DNA of 62,929 nucleotides, the filler included, from Reclinomonas americana ATCC 50394 (Eukaryota), in assembly GCA_048213135.1 (NCBI GenBank). It is 12 parts of 12 records of this genome, joined end to end, with 100 filler letters (N's around TTAATTAATTAA, not from the genome) between each part and the next. Parts side by side here need not be neighbours in the genome. Positions count along the whole stretch, not along the records: positions 20,357 to 27,280 come from AFZH01021322.1; positions 27,381 to 30,201 come from AFZH01021323.1; positions 30,302 to 34,226 come from AFZH01021324.1; positions 34,327 to 35,886 come from AFZH01021325.1; positions 35,987 to 37,273 come from AFZH01021326.1; positions 37,374 to 43,020 come from AFZH01021327.1; 6 more parts are not named here. One strand, given 5' to 3'. Positions 25,348 through 38,767 of this stretch are shown in pieces; the stretch's first letter is position 1, and each line of letters begins with the position of its first letter. Position numbers and translations under genes: made by a program. The notes beneath the pieces were generated by a model. It saw only the letters and a list, made by a program, of their open reading frames with translations, made no database searches and was not told where the DNA came from.

Positions 25348-25391
25348 GTGTCAACTGGAGTGATAAGAGAGGGACGCACAAGTCTTTTCAT

Positions 25392-27202
25392 TCATTTTGA
25401 GGTGGGCACAGCCTGCAGAGCGACGAGCATCAGCTCGCGAGTGAGGACCGGATTGGCCTTGCCACTGGTGGAGCGGATGACTTCGCCGACGAGGAAGCTG
25501 AGGATTCGATCGTCGCCACTTCGCGCACGAGCCGCCTACACAGTACTTTACATGAGTGTCTGCTTGCTGGCGCAAAAAAGGCATGCACGTTACCTCGGCT
25601 TGTTTCGCCGCCAGGACCTTGTCGCAGGCTGCACGTAGCAAGACGGGATCGGAGAGCTGTTGCCAGCCGCGCTCTGTGGCAATGGCTGCGGTGTCGCGCT
25701 GGTCGCCGTCCATCATGCAGTCGAGCACCTTTTTGCCGATCTTGCCCGAGATGAAGCCACGGTCGATGGCGTCGACCAGCGAGCTCAGCTGTGCTGGCGA
25801 CACGGGGCTCTTGGCGAGCTCGGTGTCACGCGCTTTCAGGCGTCCAAACAACTCGCTGGTCAGCCAGTTGGCCGCGCGCTGCGGATTCGCTTTCTTGATG
25901 CACTGGCGAGAGGAGGCAAAGGGGGGGGAGGGGGGTGCGGTGAGAACAAAGTGTAAGGATGGTGTTGATGTGGTGCACTCGACACACCTCTTCGAAGAAC
26001 GCCGGCGCATGCAACGTGTGCACAATCACGGAGGCGTCGTACGGCGAAAGCCCCAGATCTCTCTGATACCTCTGTAACAATTGCTCCGGCAACTCCGGCA
26101 GCGACGCACGAATGGAGGCGATCAGCTCCTGTTCACGCAGCGGTGAGTGCCGGCGCCTGCATGCCTTCCGCAGTGAAGGGTTCTCACCTCAGAGACGACC
26201 AGTGGCGGCAAGTCAGGATCGGGGAAGAATCTGGGTGTAGGCACGCGTCAGGGAGCAGCCACCCGCTCACCGTCTCCACCGCCACTCACCTGTAGTCCAG
26301 CAAACCCTCCTTGTCGCGCAGCGGCGACGTTGTTCCACTGACGGCATCGAAAGCCAGCGTCTGCCGAAGCACAGGCGTGCCCGCCGAGAGCAACTTGATT
26401 TGCCTGGTCGCCTCGTGTTCTGCGAACGCGGCAAGGATGTACGCGTGTGAGCGAATATCAGCAGTAAAAGATGTGATACACACGGCTCACCGATGGCATT
26501 CATCACAAACTTGACGCTGTTGACATTCTTCACTTCGCACCGCTCACTGCGCAGTCCGAGTTCCGCGTTGGAGACGGTGACATTCACATCGCACCGCATG
26601 GCACCCTGCTCGCACACACTGTGAAAAGCACCACCACCACCCAGACGATGCTGCTCCTCACGCACCTCATCCATACTCGCCGAACTCGTGCCAATGTGCT
26701 GCAACAAGAACTGCAGCTTGCGCAAGAACTCGCCCGTCTCCTCAGCCGACCTGCATCACAACTCAGCTTTCCGCACTCGTCGAGGACACGCCGTCAATCA
26801 CACACGCACCGCATGTCAGGCTCCGTCACAATCTCCATGAGGCCCACGCCCGCTCGATTAAAGTCCACAAACGTGAGCAGCCCATCCACCGCATGCATAC
26901 TCTTGCCAGTGTCCTGCTCCAGCTGCAGGCGCGAGATACGAACCTGCCGCCCACTATCCAGCGTCACATGCCCGTGTCGCATGATCGGATCTGCACGCTC
27001 CCATCGGTCCAGCAGCAGCGGCGGTCAAGGTCAAGGGGGCGAAAGGAAAAACAACGCACCCGACTGCTGCGTGATCTGATATCCCAGCGGCAAGTCACAG
27101 TAATAGTAGTGTTTCCGCTCAAACAGACTACGCTGCTGCACGGTCCCATTCAGCGCCAAGCTGGTCATCACCGCGAGACGAACGCACTTGTCATTGATCG
27201 GC
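25392..27202 (-). CDS. GATB: Glu-tRNA(Gln) amidotransferase subunit B, mitochondrial (5' end lost in gap)
   Basis: [76 protein letters not shown]. Confidence 0.96.
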
Positions 27203-27227
27203 TGCACCTCGAATGAGCAAACGCGAG

Positions 27228-27280
<53 letters not shown>

Positions 27281-27436
27281 NNNNNNNNNNNNNNNNNNNN
27301 NNNNNNNNNNNNNNNNNNNNNNNNTTAATTAATTAANNNNNNNNNNNNNNNNNNNNNNNNNNNNNNNNNNNNNNNNNNNNGTGTGTTGTCTTCTCGCATT
27401 GTTCACTCATGACTGATCTTCGCCTCCTTCCATCAG

Positions 27437-27895
27437 GCGCTGATGCACAGCACTGTAGCAGTGTGCATTGCTGTCATTGCCATCGTCGCATGCTACTGCT
27501 GCAATGCAGTGGTCACTGGTGAGTGGATGCATTCTCGCGTCTGCCTGCAATCGGTCTCTCATGCCCCGCATGCAGAGGAGTCGTTCATTGTGCATCCGGG
27601 ACTGGGCGTGGAGGTGTGCAAGCAAAGACCTCCACGCAGCTGCTTCTTGCTGTCAAGAGGGCGTCGGATGCTGGCACATCGCTTCTTCCCGGCACATGTC
27701 GTGCAGGCGTTGCTGATTCATGAGGTGATTCGGCCGACGGCGTGTCGTTACTCGCTGGCGTTGCAGATTGCACCGCAGCAGGCGGAACAGGGAGAGGTAC
27801 TGGTGCCGCTGTTTGAGGACACGAATCCGCGCTTGCCGTTCCTGGAGAACGTGTATCGCGAGTTTACGCAGGTGTGGAGCACTGCGATCAGATAA
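27437..27895 (+). CDS. PIGH: GPI-GlcNAc transferase subunit H (5' part in gap)
   Basis: TM segment, then EESFIVHPGLGVE, IHEVI, YSLA, LVPLF..TNPRLPFLENVY. Confidence 0.75.
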   Translation, partial: ALMHSTVAVCIAVIAIVACYCCNAVVTGEWMHSRVCLQSVSHAPHAEESFIVHPGLGVEVCKQRPPRSCFLLSRGRRMLAHRFFPAHVVQALLIHEVIRPTACRYSLALQIAPQQAEQGEVLVPLFEDTNPRLPFLENVYREFTQVWSTAIR

Positions 27896-27986
27896 AAAAG
27901 AGTGAATGTTGTGCCTCTGTTAAGTTTTCATTCACACTTGGCGGCTGGTGGCGGTGCTGCTGGCCGCGGTGTGTCTTCGGCCCCCC

Positions 27987-30201
27987 TCAATCGCCGGCGA
28001 GCAGCTCCGACAGTGGCATGTTGATGATTGCGGTGAGAACCGGCTGATCGGACTTTGGGTGGCACACAAAGACGCGGATGGCCTCGGTGCCGCCGCTCTC
28101 GTCGACGCACACCACGTCAATGTCGAAGCGGTACTGGAGCGATGGTAGCAGAGCCGGGATCTGTGCCAGGTAATAGATGAGCACTCGGAGATGACACGCG
28201 GCGCGGTCTCCTCCACCCACACGCAACGTGGAGGACGGGTGTCTTGACGCGGTACAGCTGCTGATTGTACAGCAGCGACAGAGGCAAATCAAAGAGCGCA
28301 CGATTGCCGGTGTTTTGCAGGAAGAACTTGAGTTTGAACAGAGGTCCCAGACCCTGCACCTGTGTCGCACAAGAGACATTCCTGGTGAATAGAGAGAGTA
28401 GAAGGAGGTGGCACACAACCAGGCGACTACATGCCTGCGCAGTCAGCCGAAGATTTGCACCCACACCCGTGGCTGCAGCGCCGCCGTCGGAAATGATCTT
28501 GACGAATGCGCGCGCCGTCGACAGGCGCAGCTTGCATAGGTCTCGCTGGAAAACGCGGTGCATGTCTGCCGCGAATGTCACATCAAAGTCGCCAAGCCAC
28601 ACACAAACACTGCACACACGGACCGACAGAGAATTCGCGCTCGCGCTGCGTCTGCTCCAGATACAGCTTGGTCTTCTTGGGGATCTGCAGCGGCTCGTCT
28701 TGTTCCTTGGGAGGGCCACCGGTTGAGCCGCGACCCGTGAGGTTCGCCTACGGTGCAGCAAAAGTAGTGAGAACGAGAGTGTCTTCTTCCAGCGTCTAGC
28801 CACACGCGAATGCACGAAACGTGGCGCGGCAACACTCGAAAGTCGAAACCGCCGCTCTTGTAGGAGGTGACGAGGACATTATCCTCGCGACCAAACGAGC
28901 CAAACTTCATTCCCGTGATCACCTCCTGCAAGAGCACGCATCGTTAGCAAGTTCGACGCCGAGGACAGCCATACGATATAAAGAATACATGCCTTGGTTT
29001 GCGTCACCGAGATGAGGCTCTGGCCCGCGTACACTCGAATTTCGCCATTTTCCAGGCCGACGATCAGCGCCTTGGTATTGCGAAGGCGCTCCGACAGCAG
29101 CTCCATGTTCGACACGGGCGATGGCAGGTACACTGTAAATTGTTTCGTGCCCTGCGACATGCACCACGCAGCATGCCACAAATGAGGCGCACAACAGACC
29201 GAGGGAAGGCACACACGCGACGCGACGCAACCCTGATGGAGTACGAGCTGAGCATGCCATTCATGGTGGCAATCATGATATTCTTGTCAACCAGAATCAC
29301 TTGCGACGGTTGCGACTCCAGCCCAATGGAGCCCACAATGTCACGTTGCTGCGCGGGGGCACACAGCGAGTTATTGAGAGGCGCGAGATGCACACGAGAG
29401 CAGTAGACGAAACAACCTCAACTCACCCGAATAGAGTACACGGAGCCATTCCGACAAGCCACCACCAGGCGGCAATCAACATCCCACTGACCGCTGCAGC
29501 AGATCTGGAACGGCACAGCTGGCAATTGGATCTGCATTGACACATATGAGCCGTGCTGCGATGAACGAAGAGACAGAGAAGGCAGCGCGGATCACGAAAC
29601 TGTCTCGATAACCCTCAGATTTGTCGGCTCCAACACTAGCAGCTGCATGGCCTCGGTGCCGACCAGCAGGCACGACAGCGCGTCGCGCTCCTCGCGATCC
29701 TTGTTGATGCACGCCAGGCACGTGATCACCGACTGCATGCAAGACAAGAGTGAGCATGCGAGAGGATGGCATCAACCCGCAAAGCCTCCTCGTGTGCGCA
29801 CCTTGTGCGCCAGCGGCAAGTTCTTTGTCTCGTCCACAAACGCCGCCTGATCATCAGGGCTATCCATCGTCAACAACTCCAACGACCGCGACGTCAACAT
29901 CACTGGCGGCGCGCCAGCCGATGGCCCTCCACTCTCCTTCAGATTCTCCAACATCTCCCGCGCCTCCGCCACCGTCAACGCCCCATCCGCCAAACCCGTC
30001 CACACCGCCTGCTCATCCTCATGAATCGGCAGATCCGGCAGCGTAAACTTGTTGTACGGTCGCAGATTGCGGTACACATAGATCGAGGAACCACCGGCGA
30101 CCGCCAGTGACGGTCGTCGCGGCTCATTGTAATCCATGTAAAACGCGGCCACAGCCACAGGTGCAATCAGCAGCGCATTCGTCGACACCAAGCTCGTACC
30201 T
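27987..30201 (-). CDS. BBS1: Bardet-Biedl syndrome 1 BBSome subunit (5' end in gap)
   Basis: LAVAGGSSIYVYRNLRPYNKFTLP, FGSFGREDN, PKKTKLYLEQTQRER, MHRVFQRDLCKLRL, VQGLGPLFKL, C-terminal INMPLSE. Confidence 0.95.
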
Positions 30202-30301
30202 NNNNNNNNNNNNNNNNNNNNNNNNNNNNNNNNNNNNNNNNNNNNTTAATTAATTAANNNNNNNNNNNNNNNNNNNNNNNNNNNNNNNNNNNNNNNNNNN
30301 N

Positions 30302-33300
30302 TAACACATGATGCATGTACCTAGCTTCTCTCTCAAGCGCTGCATCTTCGCCTACTAGGTTGCTCTGATATCAAGCGAGTCACAAACCGCCGACCCCTTC
30401 AACGACGACGCACCTCTAGTGCCAAGTGACGCTCGAATCCGCTGTATAGCGCCTGTTCGAGTTCCGCCAGCATCGGTACGTGCGTGGCGCGCCATCTCAC
30501 ACAGCCGGAGCTGTCCAACGGCACACGCTCCACATGTCGACCAGAGCTCTGCGTGCCTCCACTGTCAGCAACATTGTCTTCTCTGCGGTCTCGTCGCACG
30601 CCCGCACCGTGCCGCATACATCGTGCACCAGCTCCAGTACATCCAGGTGCCCGTGCACACAATTCTGCACGCGCTCAGTGGCCTCGTTAAACTTGGGGTC
30701 CAGGCATAGCAGGTCCACGCTGGCCTCCGCTTCCGCCTCATCCACCTCCTCTATCGGCGTGGGCGGCGGCAGCTCCTCGCCCAACGCCTCCGCCAGCATC
30801 GATGACATGGTGTACTGCGATCCGGTGTTTGGCTGCGCGGGTCGGAACGCTCCCACTTCGCGCAGCGTCAGCGGCGGAAGTGGAGGCTCAAAGCGGAAGG
30901 CTGAAGGCTGCGGCTCTGGCGCACTGCTGCCTGCTGTTCCGTCGTCCGAGAGCGTGCCAAACGACGGAGAACCGAGGCTGCCGCCGCTGCCGGTGCGATT
31001 CACCGTCGGCGTTTGCGGTCCTCTGCAGCGAGGATGTGAGAAATCATGCTGAAAGAAGTGAAGCCTTTTGCAACTCACCTGCCGGTGGCCGAGAGCGGTG
31101 TCCCCGGAATGCTGTGTGGGTAACACGGGTGAGGATAGAAAAGAACGCGGACGCCACTCCATCAGTCGGCCACGTACTGCAAGTCGCCAGTCGGCGTGTT
31201 GACACTGGGCAAGCACAACGCAGTTAGGAGGAGATGGGAACACACCGATTTCGCGACGTGATATCGTACCTCACAGACACACGCTCACGAATGGAGCCGG
31301 CGACGGAGAACTTGAAGGGTGAGTCCAGCGACTGCCTCCGCACCACTCCCGACTCGTCATCGTCGGCCGATTCACCAACCGGCAGAGCAGTCGGTGGAAC
31401 CACGGGCGGTTCGGCGAGGAGCGAGTCAGACGGCTCTGCGGTGGCCATGTCCACCAACACGATCGAATCGACTCGACAAAGCTTGAGGGTGGACGACTGA
31501 CGCAGGCTGGAGCGCACCGCATTGCAGGTGCCTCGGCTGTGCACACGGATGGGGTTGGCGAAAGGGAGACGGGCCACTGAGCAGGCAACTGAGGACTTCG
31601 ACACACACCTGTACCGACACAGGTAGATCACCAGCTGCACGGCTGATACGGGCTCGTGATGATGATCCACATAATCGCGGACACAGTCTTCGACCACTTG
31701 CACAATGTCCTCCACGAGGTCTGCTCACGAATGAGACTGCGCCGTGGAGGTTACACACACGACATGGCAGACGACGCACCGGCGCGAAGACTCGAGGCGA
31801 CATGTCGCTCCACGTTGACCAGCGAGCAGAGAATGCTGGGCAGCGTTCGCGCATTCGTGGCAAACACTGGCAGATATCGCACCACATGGGAGTGGCCGTT
31901 GCGCTGACGACGAGTGCGTGCATTGGCCAGCAGCTCGCCCACCACACCCAGACCGAGTCGCACCTCCTTCGAGCAATGCCAGTGTTGAGGGGAAGCAACA
32001 AGGACAGTGACGAGGCGAGCGACATACCACCGTATCGTGTCGCACCGACGGCGAGGATGGAAAGGTGCCGGCATAGTCGGCAAAGAGCACATTGGAGCAG
32101 AGCCAAACACACCGAGTGCCACAGCTGCGCGCGAGTGACACGAGTATTTCAGCATCGGCTCGACAATGAAGATACACGAGAGAGAAAAATGGTCACGCAC
32201 TCGGCGCGGGCCGAAAACAGCCGGTGCGGATTGACGGCCGCCAGCTGCACATCCTTGACATCCATCAGCCACACGCCGGCAAAGCCACTGCCGCTGACCG
32301 CTCGCTGCAACCGCGCAGCGCCCAGAGCCAGACCACCGCAGCCGACCACGAATCGTGGCACGCGCGTGGAGTTGCGCGCCATGTCAAACTGCCAGTTGTC
32401 TGCGATGAGGGAGAGGGAAAGGTCAGTGCTGATTCCGCTGACAGGTCTCTCCCGGCCTCCCCCTGAATGCAGACCTCCGCAAAGGCCTCTGTCAACTATA
32501 AAACTGTCTCTCAGCGAGACAAAGAATTGGGGATCGATGCCTCCAACAGGGAAGAATGCCACAGTGCTCTCTGCTCAACAATCGCTCGTTGAACTCTTCT
32601 ACTCTCTCCCTCAGCCCAGCTGTCTGCACGAGACACAGACAGCGAGTCAGTGCCTCCAACAGGGAAGGCCACTGTGTTCTCACGATCCTCTTCCCGTCTC
32701 CCTGCCTCGAGACACTGACACCGGATCAGTGCCTCCAACAGGGAAGGCCACTGTGTTCTCACGATCCTTCTCTCTTCTTCTCTCCTCTTCTCCCTGCCTC
32801 AAAAGCAGACAGTGGATCAATGCCTCCTTCCCCTCGCTGACCTCTTCTCCTCTTCTCACCCCCCTGCCTCGAGACACAGACAGCGGATCAACTCCCCTCT
32901 TCTCCCTTCTCCTCCTCCTCCTCCTTCCAACTCAACAAAGGAACTGACAAGCGGCGGCCGCATGCACCGGCTGCGGAAACACCCCACGCGACGCCAACGA
33001 CAAGAGCGCCACCTGCATCGTACACGAAGCCGCCCTCCTCTCACCCCCACCCTCCTCCTCATCACCACCACGACTGCTCATCATCACAGGCGGCATCATC
33101 ATCAGTGAATGAGCGCGAGGTGACGCTTGCTCGAGAGGAGGATGTTGTTGTGCAGAGAGAGTGGGCGGGCCAAAGAGTTGAGAGGCAAGCTTGTGCGCAT
33201 CAGCAGTGGATGCAGTCATTGCGGCGTGCACGAGGAGCTCGCCAACGCGACGAAGGTCGGGTCGTTGTTGCACGACGAATTCGCGCTCAAGCTTGGCACT

Positions 33301-33409
33301 CCACTGATGCAGCGAGTGAGAGACTGGGAGGCAAGAGAGAGGTGAGTGTGGGTGAGAGGACCTTCTTTTCCACAAACGAGTCGCCGCCGCCTCCATCGTC
33401 GTCGTCCAT
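30302..33409 (-). CDS. Large multi-exon hypothetical protein (3' end in gap)
   Basis: Consistent GT-AG exon chain from MDDDGGGGDSFVEKK through a Ser/Pro-rich middle to a helical region (AELEQALYSGFE, AKMQRLREKL); no family recognised. Confidence 0.55.
32510..32895. repeat. Degenerate intronic minisatellite (~80-115-bp units, ~5 copies)
   Basis: Recurring GAGACAC...GGATCAGTGCCTCCAACAGGGAAGGCCACTGTGTTCTCACGATCCT unit. Confidence 0.75.
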
Positions 33410-33467
33410 GGCAATCACTGATCATGAGAGGACAACGACGAACGAACTTCACTTCTTTTTCAAGACA

Positions 33468-36400
33468 CTATGCGCTGAGCAAGCGCTCGGCCACCTGCAG
33501 CAGGTGCTCTGCTGCGTGTTTTGTCAGGTAGCGGCGGGCTTTGGTGGCGATCAGCGACCACTCCGACTTGGAGGCCGCGAATTTGATTTCCATGGTGGCC
33601 ACGGCCACGGCGGTCAGCCACAGTGTGTCGTCCACGTCGGCGCCTGGTTTGCCGGCCGCAAGCTGAGCGGCGGTGAGACCGGAGGCTTCGGCCACGATGC
33701 GCACGTCGGTCCATGCACCGGCGGCGTTGGTGGCGAACATGAGTGTGTCGAGCGAGGACGAACGGGAGGCACTGCCACTGCGGCTTCCGCTGCTGCTGCC
33801 GCTGTCTCTGGCGATCTGGCGTACGGCTTGCATCGGTGCAGGTGCCGCCGCCATTGCCGGCGCAAAGACAGCGCCAGGGGCGACCATCATGTCGACGTCG
33901 AGGGACTCCTCCTCGGCATCATACAGATGTCTTGTTGCGGACATCGGCGCGGCACACATTTCTGCGGCCCTCATTGCCGGAGCGGCACCACCTGCGCGCG
34001 AGCGAGACGAGCCCTTGCTCTTCTTCTGCGGGGCATAACCGCCGCCGCCACCACCACCAAAACTGGCCGCACTGGACTGCAGACTGGCAGATCTGTGCGC
34101 ATCGGAGTAAGTTGAACAGCCGCCACAGTGACAGGTGCGCAAGCGAGTGACTGAGAGAGATGAAGAGACAACGCACTGAAGAGACAGCTCGGCGAGCGCG
34201 GCCTCGTTAGCGGCCGAGGCGCGATCNNNNNNNNNNNNNNNNNNNNNNNNNNNNNNNNNNNNNNNNNNNNTTAATTAATTAANNNNNNNNNNNNNNNNNN
34301 NNNNNNNNNNNNNNNNNNNNNNNNNNAGGACGACACGCTCAAGTCAAGACGTGCTACCTTTTCCAGGCACGGCTTCACCGTGGCCGGTAGACCGACCAGC
34401 TCGCAGTTGGTGACTCCACCGACCATCATGTCCGTGAGCTGGCGCGCGCGCGTGCGTGCGTACTGTCAGCAAGCGGACCACGCACAAGCGCGCCGCGTGC
34501 AGGCACACACGCACCTGTGACACAATGACGCCGGCCAAATCGGTTCCCGACCCCACCAGAGAGCAGAGGCCACGACCGACTTGCGCGAGCTGCTCCACCA
34601 GCAGCACATCGACGCCGGAACCCAAGCCGACAGTGTACACACGCAGTTCTTCACTGCTGGCGCGCACAAGATCCAGGCACGCATCGCGTGAGTCCACGGC
34701 ACCGTCGGTGAGTACGCAGCTGAGCGTGCGCGAGTGAGTGAGCACAAGTGGTGGTGACGGGAACGGGTGGTCGGAGAGCGAAACATTTGACGGGTGAATC
34801 CGGGGATGCGGTCCACCGTGGTGGCGTACTCGAGCGGCGACAACAAATTGGTGCCGCCACAAGCCTGATGAAAAAATGAACGACGTGTGAGTAGTTCGCG
34901 CGCATCGCCCGACAAGGCACCAGCAGCACGCCGCAACGTCAAGGGCGTCAATGAAATTGTTGGCCAGGGTCGCTGTCTCGTCGGAGAACGGACGACTGGC
35001 GCCACTGAACAGCGGCGTGTGTCGGTCGGAGAAGGAGATGATGTTGAAGGCGACTCCCTCCTGCGCACAATGGGAGAATGAGCTGGCGCGTGTAACATAC
35101 GAGCATGCTCGCAAGCCGACTCAACTTCGAGACTCGAGAGGAACAATCGAGCTGCGCGCTTTGCCTCCGTGATGCCAGAACCCGCCATGCTTCCTAAAGC
35201 GATCGATAAATGGGGTTGAGGACGGCGGCAAGACAAATCAATGGAAGGATCATTGAAGGAGAAGAGAAACAAAGAAAGAAGAGAGAGAGAAAGAGAACGA
35301 GAAAGAGAGAAAGAAAGAGAGAGAAAGAGAATAAGAGTGTGTGTGTGTGTGTGTGAGTACGCAACCACTGCAATCGACGAGGAAGATGATTTCCGCATTG
35401 GCATTTGGCCGCGACTGGATGGCGGCGCAAGCGGCGGGAGCCACCGAGACACTGTGCGCGTTTTAGAAGAGGATGCGATGGAGGGGAGGAAGCGACAAGG
35501 AAGATCGACATTACCTTGCACACAGCTGGTACTTGTCGGCCACGGGAGTGGGGTAGGACTCGAGTGACACCAGTGGGAACGACATGGATTCGACTGTGGT
35601 CTCCACCACAATCGGCAGTACGCCATCGCCGAGACCCGTCACCAGAATATCGGCTTCGAAGGGTGCATCCTCGGAGAGCTGCAGTGTGTGGGGCTGATTC
35701 GGCACCGAGACTTGTACGAGCTTGTTGGTGCACTCCACGTGGATGGTGAGCGTGACGCCGGCGTACGGAACATTGCCAAAGGGTGTCGGGTGTTCCTCGC
35801 ATTGCAGCCTATGAAAGCAAGAGCGTCACATCAGAGAGAGAGAGAGAGAGAGGAGGGAGGGAGGGAGAGGAGAAGAGAAGAGTGGGNNNNNNNNNNNNNN
35901 NNNNNNNNNNNNNNNNNNNNNNNNNNNNNNTTAATTAATTAANNNNNNNNNNNNNNNNNNNNNNNNNNNNNNNNNNNNNNNNNNNNAACACGGTCAGAAC
36001 CCACAACGAGGAGAATCCGCCCGCGCTGCTGCTCACCTCCCGGATCAAGTCGGCCCACGCTCAAGTCAAACTGATGGCGCGTCTGCGGCGCATGCGACAG
36101 CAAGTACGCCGCCTGGCCCTCGGCCAGCGCATCCTCGTACTGCTCGGCCGCCTGCGTGCGCTCCTTCACTTGTCCGCGGAACACGTCGCCGTTGGAGCGC
36201 ACCACCGCAAAGTCGTTGAGAACTGTGCGCGGACCGACGGGGAGCGACAGAACGCCCTCCACGCTCTCACTCCCGCTGTTGACAAAGCGGAAGAGGCAGG
36301 TGGCTTCGGCCGCTCGGTCGCGCTGGCGAATGGTGATGAGGGTGCCTGGGAAGGGGAAGGAAGACGGAGAGGGGAGGGTGAGGAAGAAGGAGAAGGGAGA

Positions 36401-37136
36401 GGGGGAAAGAGAGGAGGAAGGGGGGAGAGGGAAAGGGAGAGAGGAGAAGGAGGAGAAGGAGGAGAAGGAGGAGAAGGAGGAGAAGGAGGAGGAAGAGTGG
36501 GAAGAGACAGAGACAGGGAAGGGGAGAAGAAGACGAAGAAGAGGGTGGAGGGAAGAGGGACAGGGGAACAGAGATGGCGAGAGGAAAAGGAAGGAGAGGG
36601 GGAGGGGGAAGAGACAGAGTCAGGGGAAGGAGAGGTGGAGGGAGTGGAAGAAGGGAGGAGGAGAGGGAGAGGGGAGGTGCCTGCGGGCGACCTTCAGACA
36701 GAGAGAGACGGTGAGAGGAGAAGGTTGAGGAAGAGGGGGAAGGAGATGCATTGACTGGATATCCAAGATGCGCCTCTGTCAAATCGCCCTCTTCTCTCTG
36801 CTGCTCATTTGTGTACCCCAAGAGAGACAGCGATAGCTCAAGAACACCCTCAACCGTCGACAACCCACTGAGAGCAGCGAAGGAGGAACAATTCAAACTA
36901 TTAATACTTTTTCTCAATGAAACCCACTTGCCTGTCAGTGTGCACTTTGCGTCAGTCACTGGCTGCTGCTGGTCGCCACCCACGGGGAGTGCAGTCATGC
37001 GCACAGGTCCGTCGGGTGGAACGAGCACATTCTCGTCAAAGGCTGGCGGTGGATTCCGCCCGTTGGGCATTATGTAAGGGACGAGGATGTTGGGTGGTGG
37101 GGGGTTGGTGGGCTGGCGGGAGTTGGAGTTGCCCAT
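33468..37136 (-). CDS. VIT + von Willebrand factor A domain protein (VWA5A-like); spans two gaps
   Basis: VIT (FVN...VEGVLSLP, GQVKERTQAAEQYEDALAEGQAAYLL, FDLSVGRL); MIDAS FLVDCSG|SM, GGTNL, LTDG, YTVGLG; C-terminal EWSLIATKARRYL. Confidence 0.88.
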
Positions 37137-37416
37137 GGTGGTGGGTGGTGAGTGCGCGCGGGGAGCGATGACGGAAGACGATAAATGGTGGGACAACTGG
37201 ATCGACGTCGCTTGTTCGCCCTCATACACCCAGCGACCCAGTGGGTTCCGCCCTTGACTGTGCACCCGACCCANNNNNNNNNNNNNNNNNNNNNNNNNNN
37301 NNNNNNNNNNNNNNNNNTTAATTAATTAANNNNNNNNNNNNNNNNNNNNNNNNNNNNNNNNNNNNNNNNNNNNCGTGCTTCTTCTGGTGTCGCCCGCATT
37401 CTCGCTTCTCTCCTCC

Positions 37417-38729
37417 TTACTTGCTCGCCGAAGCATCGCGCTCCAGGTCACGGTCCAACTCAATGAATCGGTCCACGGCGGTCACGTGCAAACCCGCCGA
37501 CCAGCGCCGCACGACTGGATAGAAAATGCTGTCGTCGGCACGCATGCACATCACGTTGCTGCGAGGGGAGGACAGCTGCAGGTGAGCCCTGCAGCATCAT
37601 GATCAAAGCGAGCCACAAGCGTTGTGTCACTCACCTCCACCGACTGAGAATTCGAAGAAAGTTACCGCGCACATACTTGTGTGAGCACCAGCGCTAGCAC
37701 GAGACAAATGGCAGAATGCAAGGTACAACGCACTCGATCTCCAGTTGCGGTGACCACCACGCGCCATACAGCGGCACCAGTAGCTTGTGGATCATCAAGA
37801 AGCACCTGCAGTTGTCGAGGAGTGAGTGAGGGACTGCATGCGCAGACATTCATTGGCCACAATACTCTACCGGCCTCACTTATGGAAGCACACGAGACTT
37901 GTTGGCGATCACTGGTAGATGCTCATTCTTGTGTATGGATCAGTGAAGTTTCTACTACTATAATACATGCTCTCTGCAACTTCTTGGCGTTCTTGACTGT
38001 CTCACTCTCCTCGTACTCTGTCCTTGCGACGCATGTAATCTCTGCACACATGTCTCTGTCTGTCCACTCACGCAACTTCATGTCGTACTTCTCGTACAAG
38101 CTCGCCGAGACCGACTGCAGCGTGTGCGTCGACAAGTCCTTCCACAAGTCGTTGTACTCGAAAACCAAGAAGCGCGTCGTCCGCTTCTGCAGGAACTCGC
38201 TCGCTCCCTCCAGTGCCTGGCGCAGCGAGAGGTCAGAGAAACGCCTTCGATTCACACGCAAGGAACTCCCGCAGGGACGCACCAGCGGATCGCTTCCCTC
38301 GCAGTCCAGCTTCATGATGAAGCACGGGCGATGAAAGAGGTTGACCTGCCGCAGGAGGTCGTCGATCTTGTAGACCTTGATGGGCAGCGTCATCTCCCCA
38401 GACAGTACCGACCGTTCGCCCACTGAACCGAGGAGGTCACCAAGGATACCTGCGCACACACACGTGTGAGGACACGGAGCAAAACCAGCCCTTGCTGGTC
38501 AAACAACGCTCACCGGTTGTGTAGAGCACGGACTCGCCAGTGAAGTTCGACACGGCGGCGTTGACGAACACAGCGCCGACCTCGGACCACTTTCGCTCCT
38601 GAGCAGTTTGCAGCAGCTTCGCAAAGCTGAGCGGCATCGGCTCCACAAACAAGATAGGCAAATGTCGTGTGTACACGCCACTGCAAGTAGGCAACGAAGC
38701 CGCATGCGAGAATGAATAAAGTGAGCGAG

Positions 38730-38767
<38 letters not shown>

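Noticed and set aside
32510..32895. Repeat-spacer-like pattern suggestive of CRISPR
   Set aside because: Units are degenerate, the linkers are related CT-rich sequence, it lies in a eukaryotic intron and there are no cas genes.
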